NCBI GenBank assembly: GCA_040767085.1
Contig: JAXGPF010000009.1
Location: 64,001-128,000, forward strand
Origin: Kiritimatiellia bacterium
GTDB taxonomy: Bacteria; Verrucomicrobiota; Kiritimatiellia; JAAZAB01
Reading direction: 5' to 3'
DNA: 64,000 nucleotides
The notes under the pieces were generated by a model. It was not told the origin of the DNA and made no database searches. It saw only the letters and a list, made by a program, of their open reading frames with translations. Position numbers and translations under genes: made by a program. Shown here in pieces: positions 46,626-55,879 of this stretch (within the stretch, counting starts at the first letter, position 1; each line of letters begins with the position of its first letter).

Positions 46626-47810
46626 GTGATGCTTCATTTATCCATCGAACAGACAAAGGAATTAAAAATTCTTTGTAAAGCAGGCCGGTTATACGACATA
46701 GAGAAACTCGCTTCCTTGTGGGGCACACTCACACCAAATCCAGAAATCCGTCGCCCCCCCATCCAAATTGCCCTGGAAATCGGATTTCACAGCCTGATAG
46801 AATTGTTAATTCGGCACACGACTGATACGGCGGTCAAGAATCATGCCCTGGAACAGGCGGTCAGGAAATCACGATTCGACATTGTTCAGATGCTTGTGAA
46901 TTATGGCGCCGAGCCACTGTCAGTCCCATTCCAGGATGTGCTCTGTTCCTATCTGCCAGATATGGCCCGCTACTTCATATCGAAAAAAGCCGATCTCCTG
47001 ACTGGCAATCCATTTACCGTCGCATTTCGATACAAAGTAAGGCCGGCATTGGGAGTTTATCTGGATTCATCCCGTCAATTTCCTGAGCTAAAAAATGCGC
47101 TCCAGCGTCAACTCGACATGGCACTCGCCTATCACTGCGGGGAGGGTTCCATGAAATGGGTGCGTCTGCTTATGTGGGCGGGCGGCAATCCGCTCGCCAC
47201 CGTTCCCAACATCGAATATCCAAAATACATGGATGATCCGGAGATGTGGCATTCCGGCGCGGAGGCCGCCGCTTTAAATGGACATCTGGATGTAATTAAA
47301 AAGATTTGTATTAATCCACGTAACCACATATGGCAGAAAGCACTTTGTTCTGCCTCAGCGTTTGGACATTCTCAAATCGTCCAATTTTTGCTGGAAACTT
47401 GTGTGCCCCCAAACGATATGACCAACGGCGGCAGTTCTTCCTTAGATGAAGCAATCCGATATGTCGGCTGGGGTGCCAACCTATCCAAGATATTCCCTGG
47501 ACGCTCGACAGCCAGCGTGGGGATCAGCATTACTAGAGCACTGATTAAGCATGGCGCCAAATGGAAGCCCGAAACACTCAGCGACTCATCTGCTGCCAGG
47601 CGATCTCTTTATGCCGTTGACAAACACGATGTTGCGGAGATAATAAGCATCCTGGTCAAACACAATGCCTGCGACAATGATTTCTTACTCCGATTCGTCT
47701 CGACGCCCAAAATGACCGAACGCCTCGGGGGCAAGGCAGAGGTAGAGAATATCCTCCGTTGCGCCAAGAAAACCCGGCAGAACCCAAAAATGACCGGTAA
47801 AACTCTTTGA
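46626..47810 (+). CDS. Ankyrin-repeat-like protein, AT-richer than the host genes
   Basis: PIQIALEIGFHSLIELLI, ALEQAVRKSRFDIVQMLVNYGA, AAALNGHLDVIK, SASAFGHSQIVQFLL. Confidence 0.7.
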   Translation: MMLHLSIEQTKELKILCKAGRLYDIEKLASLWGTLTPNPEIRRPPIQIALEIGFHSLIELLIRHTTDTAVKNHALEQAVRKSRFDIVQMLVNYGAEPLSVPFQDVLCSYLPDMARYFISKKADLLTGNPFTVAFRYKVRPALGVYLDSSRQFPELKNALQRQLDMALAYHCGEGSMKWVRLLMWAGGNPLATVPNIEYPKYMDDPEMWHSGAEAAALNGHLDVIKKICINPRNHIWQKALCSASAFGHSQIVQFLLETCVPPNDMTNGGSSSLDEAIRYVGWGANLSKIFPGRSTASVGISITRALIKHGAKWKPETLSDSSAARRSLYAVDKHDVAEIISILVKHNACDNDFLLRFVSTPKMTERLGGKAEVENILRCAKKTRQNPKMTGKTL

Positions 47811-47985
47811 CTTTAGCCTTGCGATGTTATAAAAATAGATTTTGCTGTGGGTAATTATCAATGCCAAGGTAAATCGGGGTGCTAGTGAACAATCGGCGTG
47901 CTTTGGCGAAGTTCAACAGTAACTAAGACAGGTGGCTGTCTGTTGAAGAAATCGCAGCGCATCCATGTCCGCCGTAGTTCTTGGC

Positions 47986-48185
47986 ATGTAGACTAGATAG
48001 CCGTCAGATGGGATACGGTTTTCACTTAAGCAAACGAAAAGGGTAACTCGTCCGCCGTAGCCAAGCATAACAGAGGCCGGATGCCGGCCCATAAAGTCGG
48101 CAAGCTCTGGAAGTTTCGGACGGAAGATGTGGACAAATAGGTGCGATTGAGAAGAACCAGCGCCAAGGGCAAGAAGAATAAGTAG
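47986..48185 (+). pseudogene. Decayed excisionase/MerR-type HTH gene
   Basis: 48081-48146 reads MPAHKVGKLWKFRTEDVDK*VR, with TAG (48138-48140) where Xis-family proteins have Trp; upstream part disrupted by stops. Confidence 0.7.
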
Positions 48186-48207
48186 AGCCTGCCGGGAAGG
48201 ATACGGT

Positions 48208-51200
48208 ATGCCACGGATATTCGACAATATTGAAGATAAACTGCTACCCGCGCTCTCCGCCATGCTGGAGGTGTCAAACCGGAGTGACTTCTGTGTCGGC
48301 TATTTCCGTATGCGCGGTTGGAATACCCTCGCCCCATTTATCGAAAAATTCAAAGGCGGTCACGATACTTGTTGCCGGGTACTCGTCGGCATGCACCGCC
48401 CCCCGGAAGTGGCGATGGAAGAGGCCCAGAAGATCATCCAGAAAAACCTATATCTGGACGGCCCCACCGTCGCCCGGCTTCGTCGAGACGCCGCCGAGAG
48501 CTTCAAACAGCAGATCGAGTTCGGCATCCCGTCGAACGAGGCGGAGTCCGCGCTCCGTACACTCGCTCGCCACATCCGTGAACGCAAGGTGCGAGTTAAG
48601 CTTTTCTTGCGCTATCCCCTCCATGCCAAGCTCTACCTCACACATCGCCATGATCCGGCTGCTCCGATCGTAGCCTTTCTCGGAAGTAGCAATCTGACCT
48701 TTGCCGGTCTCTCCCATCAGGGCGAGCTGAACGTAGATGTCGTTGAACATGACGCTGCCGAGAAACTGCAGAAGTGGTTTCTGGACCGTTGGGAGGACAA
48801 ATTCGCCTTCGACATTTCTGACGAACTCGCCGAACTTATCGAGACAAGCTGGGCCAGCGAGAAACTTGTCCTGCCTTACCACGTCTATCTGAAGATCGTG
48901 TATTATCTGTCCGAGGAAGCCCGCCGGGGCGAAAGGGAGTTCAAGCTACCGAAAGTCTTCCAGAACGTCCTGCTTGATTTCCAGGAACGGGCCGTCTCGC
49001 TTTCCGCCCACTATCTCCATGCCCGTGGAGGCGTCATGCTGGGCGATGTGGTGGGCCTTGGTAAGACTCTCATGGCCACCGCCATCTCTCGAATCTTCCA
49101 GGAGGATGACGGAAGCAACACCCTCGTCATCTGCCCGCCCAAACTGGAGAAAATGTGGCGGTGGTACATGTGCGAGTACGGTATCACCGGCGATGTTCTT
49201 TCCTTAGGCCGTGTCACTCAAGACCTGGTGAATCTGCGGCCCTATCGCCTGGTGATCATTGACGAAAGCCACAACCTCCGTAATCGCGAGAGCAAACGCT
49301 ACCGGCACATTCGGGAGTATCTGGAACGGTGCGAGCCACGGGTCATGCTCCTGAGCGCCACGCCCTATAACAAGCATTTCACGGACCTGAGCAACCAGCT
49401 TCGCCTGCTCGTGGACGAGAACCTGGACATCCATGTCCGCCCCGAGCAGTATTTCAAATGGTGGGCTTCCCAAGGCAAGACGGAAGCCGATTTCATCGCC
49501 CAGTACCAGACATCGCCCCGTTCAATCCGTGCCTTCGAGCAGAGCGAGTTCGATGCCGACTGGCGCGATCTCATGCGTCTCTTCCTGGTCCGCCGCACCC
49601 GCCAATACATCATGGAGAAGTACGCCAAGTTCGATCCTGAAAAGCAGCGCTACTTCGTCATGCTGAAGGGTGAGCCGTTCTACTTCCCGAAACGCCAGCC
49701 CCGCACAGTCGAGTTCAGCCTCGATCAGGACAACCCGAACGATCAATACGGCAGCCTCTATCGGGATGCGATCGTGGATCAGATCGAACACCTCTTCCTC
49801 CCGCGTTATGGGCTGGCCCACTACCTTGACTTGGCAAAGGCCCGGAAGGCTTCCGATGCCGAGAAGCGCATCCTGGACAATCTGAACCGCGCAGGCCCTC
49901 GGCTACGCGGTTTCTGCCGGACAGGCATCTTCAAGCGCTTGGAGTCCAGCGGGCATTGTTTCCTGCTCTCCCTTCAGCGTCACATCCTCAGGAACATGGC
50001 AGCTATCCACGCGCTGGAGAACGACTTGCCGCTTCCCATCGGCACCCAGGATGCCGCTCTACTCGACGAAGCCATAACGGATACCGATACAGACGCTGAT
50101 CCCGATGAGAACGGCGGCGGTGGCGGATCCAACGGGACTCCCGCTGTGGCACCCAGCCTTGCCGCATTCAAGAAGCGCGGGGCGGAGATCTACAAGGAAT
50201 ACCGAGAGAACCAGGAATCTCGATTTTCATGGCTCCCGGTAAAATTCTTCAAGAAGGATCTCAAGGCCAACCTACTTGCCGACTGCGAGGCTCTACTGAG
50301 CATCCTCAAGAATGCTGGCCCATGGAAACCAGAGTCAGATGCCAAGCTCGCAATGCTCCAGAAGTTGATCGCCAAGACCCACCCAAAGGATAAGCTTCTC
50401 GTCTTCACGCAGTTCGCCGACACCGCCGAGTATCTGGGCCGCGAACTCGCCTCGCGCGGTGTCCAGTCGCTCCAGGTTGTCAGCGGTAACAGCGACGATC
50501 CCGTCTCCCTTGCGCGCAGATTCAGTCCAGAGAGCAACGGTGGCCTTAACGTCAATGACGAGGAAGTGCGCGTTCTCCTTGCCACCGATGTGTTGGCTGA
50601 AGGGCAGAACCTGCAGGATGCCCACATTGTGGTCAACTATGACCTGCCTTGGGCCATCATCCGGCTTGTCCAACGTGCCGGCCGCGTGGACCGCATCGGC
50701 CAGAAGCATCACACCATCTCGCTCTACTCATTTCTGCCGGCTGACGGGGTCGAGGCCATCATCCGGCTGCGTTCGCGCCTGAGCTTGCGCCTCAAGCAGA
50801 ACGGGGAAGTCATCGGTACGGACGAATCTTTCTTTGGCGAGGATGCCGCAAGCAAGTTGCGCGACCTCTATGCTGAGAAGTCATCGGCTGTCGACGAAGA
50901 CAAGGATGAGGACGTTGACTTGGCCAGCCGGGCTGAGCAGATATGGAACAGCGCGCCGGAGGAGCATCGCAAGGTTGCCGAGAGCTTGCCGCCAGTGATC
51001 TCAGCGACCCGCCCCGCGCCGATCGAGCCGGAAGGCCCGCCACACCCAGGCGGGGCCATCACCTATCTACGTTTCCCGGACGGCAGCGACGCCCTGATTC
51101 ATGTGGATGCCCGCGGAAATCTCGTCTCCCAGTCCCTGTGCGCTCTGTTCAACGCCGTTGCCTGTGGCCCCGAAACTCCGGCGCTTCCTCGCGCAGATAA

Positions 51201-51612
51201 TCACCATGATCTGGTCGCCAAGGCCGTGGAATGGGCCACGGAGGAGCAGAATGCTATGGGCGGACAACTCGGAACCGCCCGGAACATCCGCCGCAAGGTC
51301 TACGACCGCCTGAAGAACTACCGTCAGATTCTGAAGGAGCAGCCAACGCTGTTTTCGAAGGGTATCCTCCAGCATCTGGAGCCGACGTTCAACCATATCT
51401 TCCGCTTCCACCTCCGCGAAAGTGCCCGCGACTCGCTTTCCCGCCAGATGAAGTTGGGCATCACTGACGAGGGCCTGGCCGACATGGTCACCAAGCTGCA
51501 CGAGGAAGAGAAGCTCTGCATCGTGACCGACGAGATCAAGGAACAGGAACCCCGCATCGTCTGCTCCATGGGGTTTGCAGTCGGCACCGCCGGTAAGAAA
51601 GGGGTCAAGTAG
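48208..51612 (+). CDS. PLD-nuclease/SNF2-family helicase fusion
   Basis: VGYF, HAKLY, GSSNLT, GELN (PLD); DVVGLGKT, IIDESH, LSATP, VFTQFADT, EGQNLQ, QRAGRVDRIGQ. Confidence 0.9.
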   Translation: MPRIFDNIEDKLLPALSAMLEVSNRSDFCVGYFRMRGWNTLAPFIEKFKGGHDTCCRVLVGMHRPPEVAMEEAQKIIQKNLYLDGPTVARLRRDAAESFKQQIEFGIPSNEAESALRTLARHIRERKVRVKLFLRYPLHAKLYLTHRHDPAAPIVAFLGSSNLTFAGLSHQGELNVDVVEHDAAEKLQKWFLDRWEDKFAFDISDELAELIETSWASEKLVLPYHVYLKIVYYLSEEARRGEREFKLPKVFQNVLLDFQERAVSLSAHYLHARGGVMLGDVVGLGKTLMATAISRIFQEDDGSNTLVICPPKLEKMWRWYMCEYGITGDVLSLGRVTQDLVNLRPYRLVIIDESHNLRNRESKRYRHIREYLERCEPRVMLLSATPYNKHFTDLSNQLRLLVDENLDIHVRPEQYFKWWASQGKTEADFIAQYQTSPRSIRAFEQSEFDADWRDLMRLFLVRRTRQYIMEKYAKFDPEKQRYFVMLKGEPFYFPKRQPRTVEFSLDQDNPNDQYGSLYRDAIVDQIEHLFLPRYGLAHYLDLAKARKASDAEKRILDNLNRAGPRLRGFCRTGIFKRLESSGHCFLLSLQRHILRNMAAIHALENDLPLPIGTQDAALLDEAITDTDTDADPDENGGGGGSNGTPAVAPSLAAFKKRGAEIYKEYRENQESRFSWLPVKFFKKDLKANLLADCEALLSILKNAGPWKPESDAKLAMLQKLIAKTHPKDKLLVFTQFADTAEYLGRELASRGVQSLQVVSGNSDDPVSLARRFSPESNGGLNVNDEEVRVLLATDVLAEGQNLQDAHIVVNYDLPWAIIRLVQRAGRVDRIGQKHHTISLYSFLPADGVEAIIRLRSRLSLRLKQNGEVIGTDESFFGEDAASKLRDLYAEKSSAVDEDKDEDVDLASRAEQIWNSAPEEHRKVAESLPPVISATRPAPIEPEGPPHPGGAITYLRFPDGSDALIHVDARGNLVSQSLCALFNAVACGPETPALPRADNHHDLVAKAVEWATEEQNAMGGQLGTARNIRRKVYDRLKNYRQILKEQPTLFSKGILQHLEPTFNHIFRFHLRESARDSLSRQMKLGITDEGLADMVTKLHEEEKLCIVTDEIKEQEPRIVCSMGFAVGTAGKKGVK

Positions 51613-54600
51613 TGGCCATCAGATTCCAGCATGCCCGTCAGCTCCTGCAACAGTTCAATTTCCGCCAGTTGTTCGCCGAGGAACTCAACTGGGCAACCCC
51701 CTCCGCAAGGCCCATCAGCGTGGATGCGGACGGCGAAACGTTCGTGGCCACACCTATTGCTGAACAGGGCGGCATGATGGTGTTCGAGATCACCTCCAGG
51801 AAAGACGGCCTCATCCCTGGCCGGAGTGTCCAACTGAAGCTTCATCGCCGCATTGCCCAGACCTACGCCGAGCACATACTCGTCTTCGTGAACACGCCCC
51901 GCTCCTCGTCGCTATGGGTATGGGTCAAACGACAGGATGGCCGCCTGCAAACGCACGATCACTGGTACCACTCCAGCCAGCCGGGCGACTCCCTGCTGCA
52001 GAAGCTCAATGGAATCGCGTTCACCTACGACCAGCTCGACGAAGACGGCCGGATTGCCATTGGACCTGTGCTGGATGCCGTTGAGGCGTCCTTCCGGGCC
52101 GAGCGAGTCACGAAACGCTTCTACGAGCAGTTCGAGAAGGAACACGCTGCCTTCCTGAAGTTCGTCAGCGGCATTCCCGACGAGGCTATGGAGAAGTGGT
52201 ATGTCTCGGTCATGCTCAACCGGCTAATGTTCATCTATTTCATCCAGCGAAAGCGATTCCTGAGTGGAGACCGTGACTATCTCCGGCACAAGCTGACAGA
52301 AAGCGAGTATCCGCAGGGCTTCTACCGTGGCTTCCTGTGCCCGTTGTTCTTCAGGGGTTTCGCACTGAAGGAAGCAGAGCGCTCGGAAGCCGACCGCAAG
52401 CTCTTGGGGCCGGTGCCCTATCTGAATGGGGGCATCTTCCAGCAGCACGAGATCGAGCGTCAGTACGGCAAAGTCATCGAGATTCCTGACAAGGCATTCG
52501 AGCGGCTCTTCGACTTCTTCGACCGCTGGCACTGGCAGCTCGACGAACGGCCGCTCCGGCGGGATGACGAAATCAACCCGGATGTCCTGGGCTACATCTT
52601 CGAGAAGTACATCAACCGCAAGCAGATGGGCGCCTACTACACCAAGGAGGACATCACCGGGTACATCTCCCGCAACACCATCCTTCCGTTCCTGCTGGAT
52701 GCGACCCGCGAGAAATGCCGTGCTGCCTTTGAGAGTGGCACGGGCGTCTCGCCTGTGTGGGGATTGCTCCGCGACGATCCGGATCGCTACATCTACGAAG
52801 CCGTCCGCAAGGGCGTCGAATTGCCGTTGCCCCCTGAGATTGAAGCGGGCATCAAGGACGTCTCGAAACGTGGCGGATGGAACAAGCCGGCGCCGGAGCC
52901 GTACGCGCTCCCGACGGAGATATGGCGCGAGGTCGTCGCGCGCCGCAAGAGATACCATGAGTTGTTTTGTCGTCTTTCTGTAGGGCCACGCTCCGTCGTG
53001 GCCGAATACCCGGACGCGACGGAGCGCGTCCCTCCAATTCACGAGATCAACGATCTGATCACACTGAATCTGGACATCGAGCGATTTGCCCAGGACGTGG
53101 TTGAGAATGCTGAGCCGGACCTACTCAATGCCTTTTACAAGGAACTCAAGGCAATCACGGTTCTCGACCCGACCTGCGGCTCGGGAGCATTCCTGTTTGC
53201 TGCGTTGAACATCCTCTACCCCCTATACGAAGCCTGTCTCAACCGTATGCGTGTCTTCGTAGAGGACTGGCAGCGGGTCGGCGACAAAACGCACCGCAAC
53301 TACGCCAAGTGGTTCGCATCTGAGATCCAGGCCGTCGAGGAGGACCACCCGAACCAGCGCTACTTTATCCTCAAGACCATCATCTTGAACAACCTCTACG
53401 GCGTGGACATCATGAAAGAGGCCACGGAGATCTGCAGGCTCCGGCTCTTCCTCAAACTCGCTGCGCAAGTAGAACCCGACTCTGCGAAGCCCAATCTCGG
53501 CATTGAGCCTTTGCCGGACATAGACTTCAACATCCGAGCGGGGAACACCCTCGTCGGCTTTGCGACTGCGAAAGAGGCCGAAGATGTGATCCGGCAGGAC
53601 CTTCTAGCCTACAACACCGTGTGGCCCGTCATTCAGCAAAAGGCTGCGGATGCGGCCCGACACTATCAGATGTTCAGGGATCAACAGACCAAGCACGGTG
53701 GCGATGTCACGGCCGATGACAAGAAAGTGCTCTCAGAGAAACTCGGAGCACTGGACGACACATTGAGCCTGTACTTGGCTACGGAATACGGCTGTGATAC
53801 GCGCAAAAAGAGAGACTACAAAGCATGGCTAACGTCGCACCGTCCCTTTCACTGGTTCGTTGAGTTCCACGGTACGATGTCCTCTGGCGGGTTCGACGTA
53901 GTCATCGGCAACCCACCATGGGTCGAGTTCGCTAAGGTGAAAAACGAATACTCAGTACGCGGCCTATCTACCATAGAATGCGGTAACCTGTGGGCGTTTG
54001 TCGCAGAACGGTCCTATGCGCTGCTCGGCGTGACCAGTCGAATTGGCCTCATCGTCCCGATGAGCTTAGTGTGCACTGACCGCATGAAGCCGATCCAGAG
54101 CATTGTCAAGGCGGCTGGCCTGTCGTGGGTGGCCAACTTTGAGAGTGACTCGAATCCAGGGCAACTGTTCGACGGAGTGAAGCAGAACGTTACGATAGTG
54201 CTCAGTAAGCGGAGTTCAGAGTGTTCGCTTCATACAACACGGCTCCTCCGCTTCTTTCAGGAGTTTCGAGACAAGGTCTTTGCCGCCGTCGAATATACCC
54301 AATGTCCGCCGAATCCTCTCCCCTTTGGATTTCCAAAGGTAGGTTCGCTTCGCGAGTCTCTGCTTCTCAAGAAGTTGTTCGCCAAGAAGCCGCTTGCAGC
54401 CAGGATGGTTCACTCTTCGGGCAAGGCCATTCTTGTTCACCGGATTGCTCACTACTACATTAAGTGCTTCGACTTCGCACCCTATTTCAAGAGCGACCGA
54501 GACGGCGTGAAGAAGTCGGAGGACTATAAGGAGTATCCACTTGCACCGCCACTCGACCAATACGTTGCTGCAATCAACAGCTCGGCATTCTACTTCTACT

Positions 54601-54947
54601 GGCAGGTGTTCTTTGACGCGTTCAAGGCAGGCAAGCTGTGTGTGGAGTCCTTTCCTTTCGGTGAGGCATCAACGACAGGAACCCTGGCCGAGTTGGAGCG
54701 CCTAGCTCGTGCCCTTATGAAAGACATGAAGGGACACGCGACCAGGCTCAAGGCGGAATATGCGGCAACGGGCAGCGTTGAGTATGACCAGTTCTGCCCA
54801 CGGAAATCCAAAGCCATAATGGATCAGATTGACCGAGTTCTGTCCACGCACTACGGCTTCACGGCTGAGGAAGTCGATTTCATTATCAACTACGACATCA
54901 AGTACCGCATGGGTCTTGCGGGCGGCAAAGAGGACGGTGAGGAATAG
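51612..54947 (+). CDS. Eco57I/type IIG-like adenine DNA methyltransferase with C-terminal target-recognition region
   Basis: YLNGGIF, LGYIFEK, GAYYTKE, LDPTCGSGAFL, LYGVDI, FHWFVEF, FDVVIGNPPW; GTG start overlapping the helicase TAG. Confidence 0.9.
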   Translation: MAIRFQHARQLLQQFNFRQLFAEELNWATPSARPISVDADGETFVATPIAEQGGMMVFEITSRKDGLIPGRSVQLKLHRRIAQTYAEHILVFVNTPRSSSLWVWVKRQDGRLQTHDHWYHSSQPGDSLLQKLNGIAFTYDQLDEDGRIAIGPVLDAVEASFRAERVTKRFYEQFEKEHAAFLKFVSGIPDEAMEKWYVSVMLNRLMFIYFIQRKRFLSGDRDYLRHKLTESEYPQGFYRGFLCPLFFRGFALKEAERSEADRKLLGPVPYLNGGIFQQHEIERQYGKVIEIPDKAFERLFDFFDRWHWQLDERPLRRDDEINPDVLGYIFEKYINRKQMGAYYTKEDITGYISRNTILPFLLDATREKCRAAFESGTGVSPVWGLLRDDPDRYIYEAVRKGVELPLPPEIEAGIKDVSKRGGWNKPAPEPYALPTEIWREVVARRKRYHELFCRLSVGPRSVVAEYPDATERVPPIHEINDLITLNLDIERFAQDVVENAEPDLLNAFYKELKAITVLDPTCGSGAFLFAALNILYPLYEACLNRMRVFVEDWQRVGDKTHRNYAKWFASEIQAVEEDHPNQRYFILKTIILNNLYGVDIMKEATEICRLRLFLKLAAQVEPDSAKPNLGIEPLPDIDFNIRAGNTLVGFATAKEAEDVIRQDLLAYNTVWPVIQQKAADAARHYQMFRDQQTKHGGDVTADDKKVLSEKLGALDDTLSLYLATEYGCDTRKKRDYKAWLTSHRPFHWFVEFHGTMSSGGFDVVIGNPPWVEFAKVKNEYSVRGLSTIECGNLWAFVAERSYALLGVTSRIGLIVPMSLVCTDRMKPIQSIVKAAGLSWVANFESDSNPGQLFDGVKQNVTIVLSKRSSECSLHTTRLLRFFQEFRDKVFAAVEYTQCPPNPLPFGFPKVGSLRESLLLKKLFAKKPLAARMVHSSGKAILVHRIAHYYIKCFDFAPYFKSDRDGVKKSEDYKEYPLAPPLDQYVAAINSSAFYFYWQVFFDAFKAGKLCVESFPFGEASTTGTLAELERLARALMKDMKGHATRLKAEYAATGSVEYDQFCPRKSKAIMDQIDRVLSTHYGFTAEEVDFIINYDIKYRMGLAGGKEDGEE
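52980..53035. repeat. Inverted REP-like doublet inside the MTase CDS
   Basis: GTAG-GGCCACG-CTCCGT-CGTGGCC on +, and GGAG-GGACGCG-CTCCGT-CGCGTCC on -. Confidence 0.75.
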
Positions 54948-54949
54948 CA

Positions 54950-55771
54950 ATGGCGGCAATCCCTGAAATTGACTGCGGGGTGCTGGAGCGCGTCTGCGAC
55001 GTGCTCGCCGACACTTCGACCGGTCTGACGGGGTCTGAAATAGACAAACTGCTGCGGCGCTTGGGGATTGCGGATCCAGCACCAACAATGACCAAACGGG
55101 TCCGCCTGTGCGACGCCCTCGGCCAGAGACAGAAGTCTGATCATTGCGGCAATCTAGTCGCCGCATTTATCCAAGAAGCGATGAATCCGGTCCGCCATAC
55201 CGGGAACCGTGAGTACTTTGAACAAAAACGGCGTGAGTTGAATGAGGTCCTTGCATTTGCGGGCTATGACTTGGGTGAGGACGGCAAACTGCGTGTGTGC
55301 CAGTCGGCCAAGACGTTGACGGAAGCAGAAGCGCGTGCCGACCGGTTGAGGGCGGAATTGCAGAAACGCGGGGTACATGCGGACGTCTTGCGATTCTGTC
55401 GGGCAGAATTTGTTCAAGGCAACTGCTTCCATGCAGTGCTTGAGGCAACGAAGAGTGTGGCGGACAAGATTCGGAACAAGAGTGGGCTGACTACCGATGG
55501 AACGGAACTCGTGGACCAAGTGTTCGGGTCGGGCAAAGCTGGTATGCCTTTCTTGGCGTTCAATAGCCTGGGATCGGAAACTGAGCGGGGTGAACATTCA
55601 GGGCTGATGAATCTGATGAAGGGTGTCTTTGGCACGTTCCGCAATCCTACAGCTCATGCCCCGAAGATCTCCTGGAACATCAGCGAGCAAGACGCCCTTG
55701 ACCTGTTGACCATCACCTCATTCCTGCATCGCCGCCTAGACAATGCCGTTCGAACCCAGAGGACAACGTGA
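54950..55771 (+). CDS. TIGR02391-family protein with AbiJ-like N-terminal domain and HEPN-like Rx4H motif
   Basis: GLTGSEIDKLL..TKRVRL..FIQEAMNP; HADVLRFC..FHAVLEATK..DGTELVDQVF..FRNPTAH. Confidence 0.75.
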   Translation: MAAIPEIDCGVLERVCDVLADTSTGLTGSEIDKLLRRLGIADPAPTMTKRVRLCDALGQRQKSDHCGNLVAAFIQEAMNPVRHTGNREYFEQKRRELNEVLAFAGYDLGEDGKLRVCQSAKTLTEAEARADRLRAELQKRGVHADVLRFCRAEFVQGNCFHAVLEATKSVADKIRNKSGLTTDGTELVDQVFGSGKAGMPFLAFNSLGSETERGEHSGLMNLMKGVFGTFRNPTAHAPKISWNISEQDALDLLTITSFLHRRLDNAVRTQRTT

Positions 55772-55879
55772 CCGAATCCAGAGTCTCAACGCGGCACATC
55801 GTAGAGAAGGCAAGGGTATGGGAAGTCATTGTGAACTGCGCGCTCAAGCACCGCATGGAGTGTGATACGGAGGCTGGCG

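Noticed and set aside
48208-54947. BREX or complete DISARM system
   Set aside because: No PglZ, BrxC, DrmA or DrmB recognisable in the window
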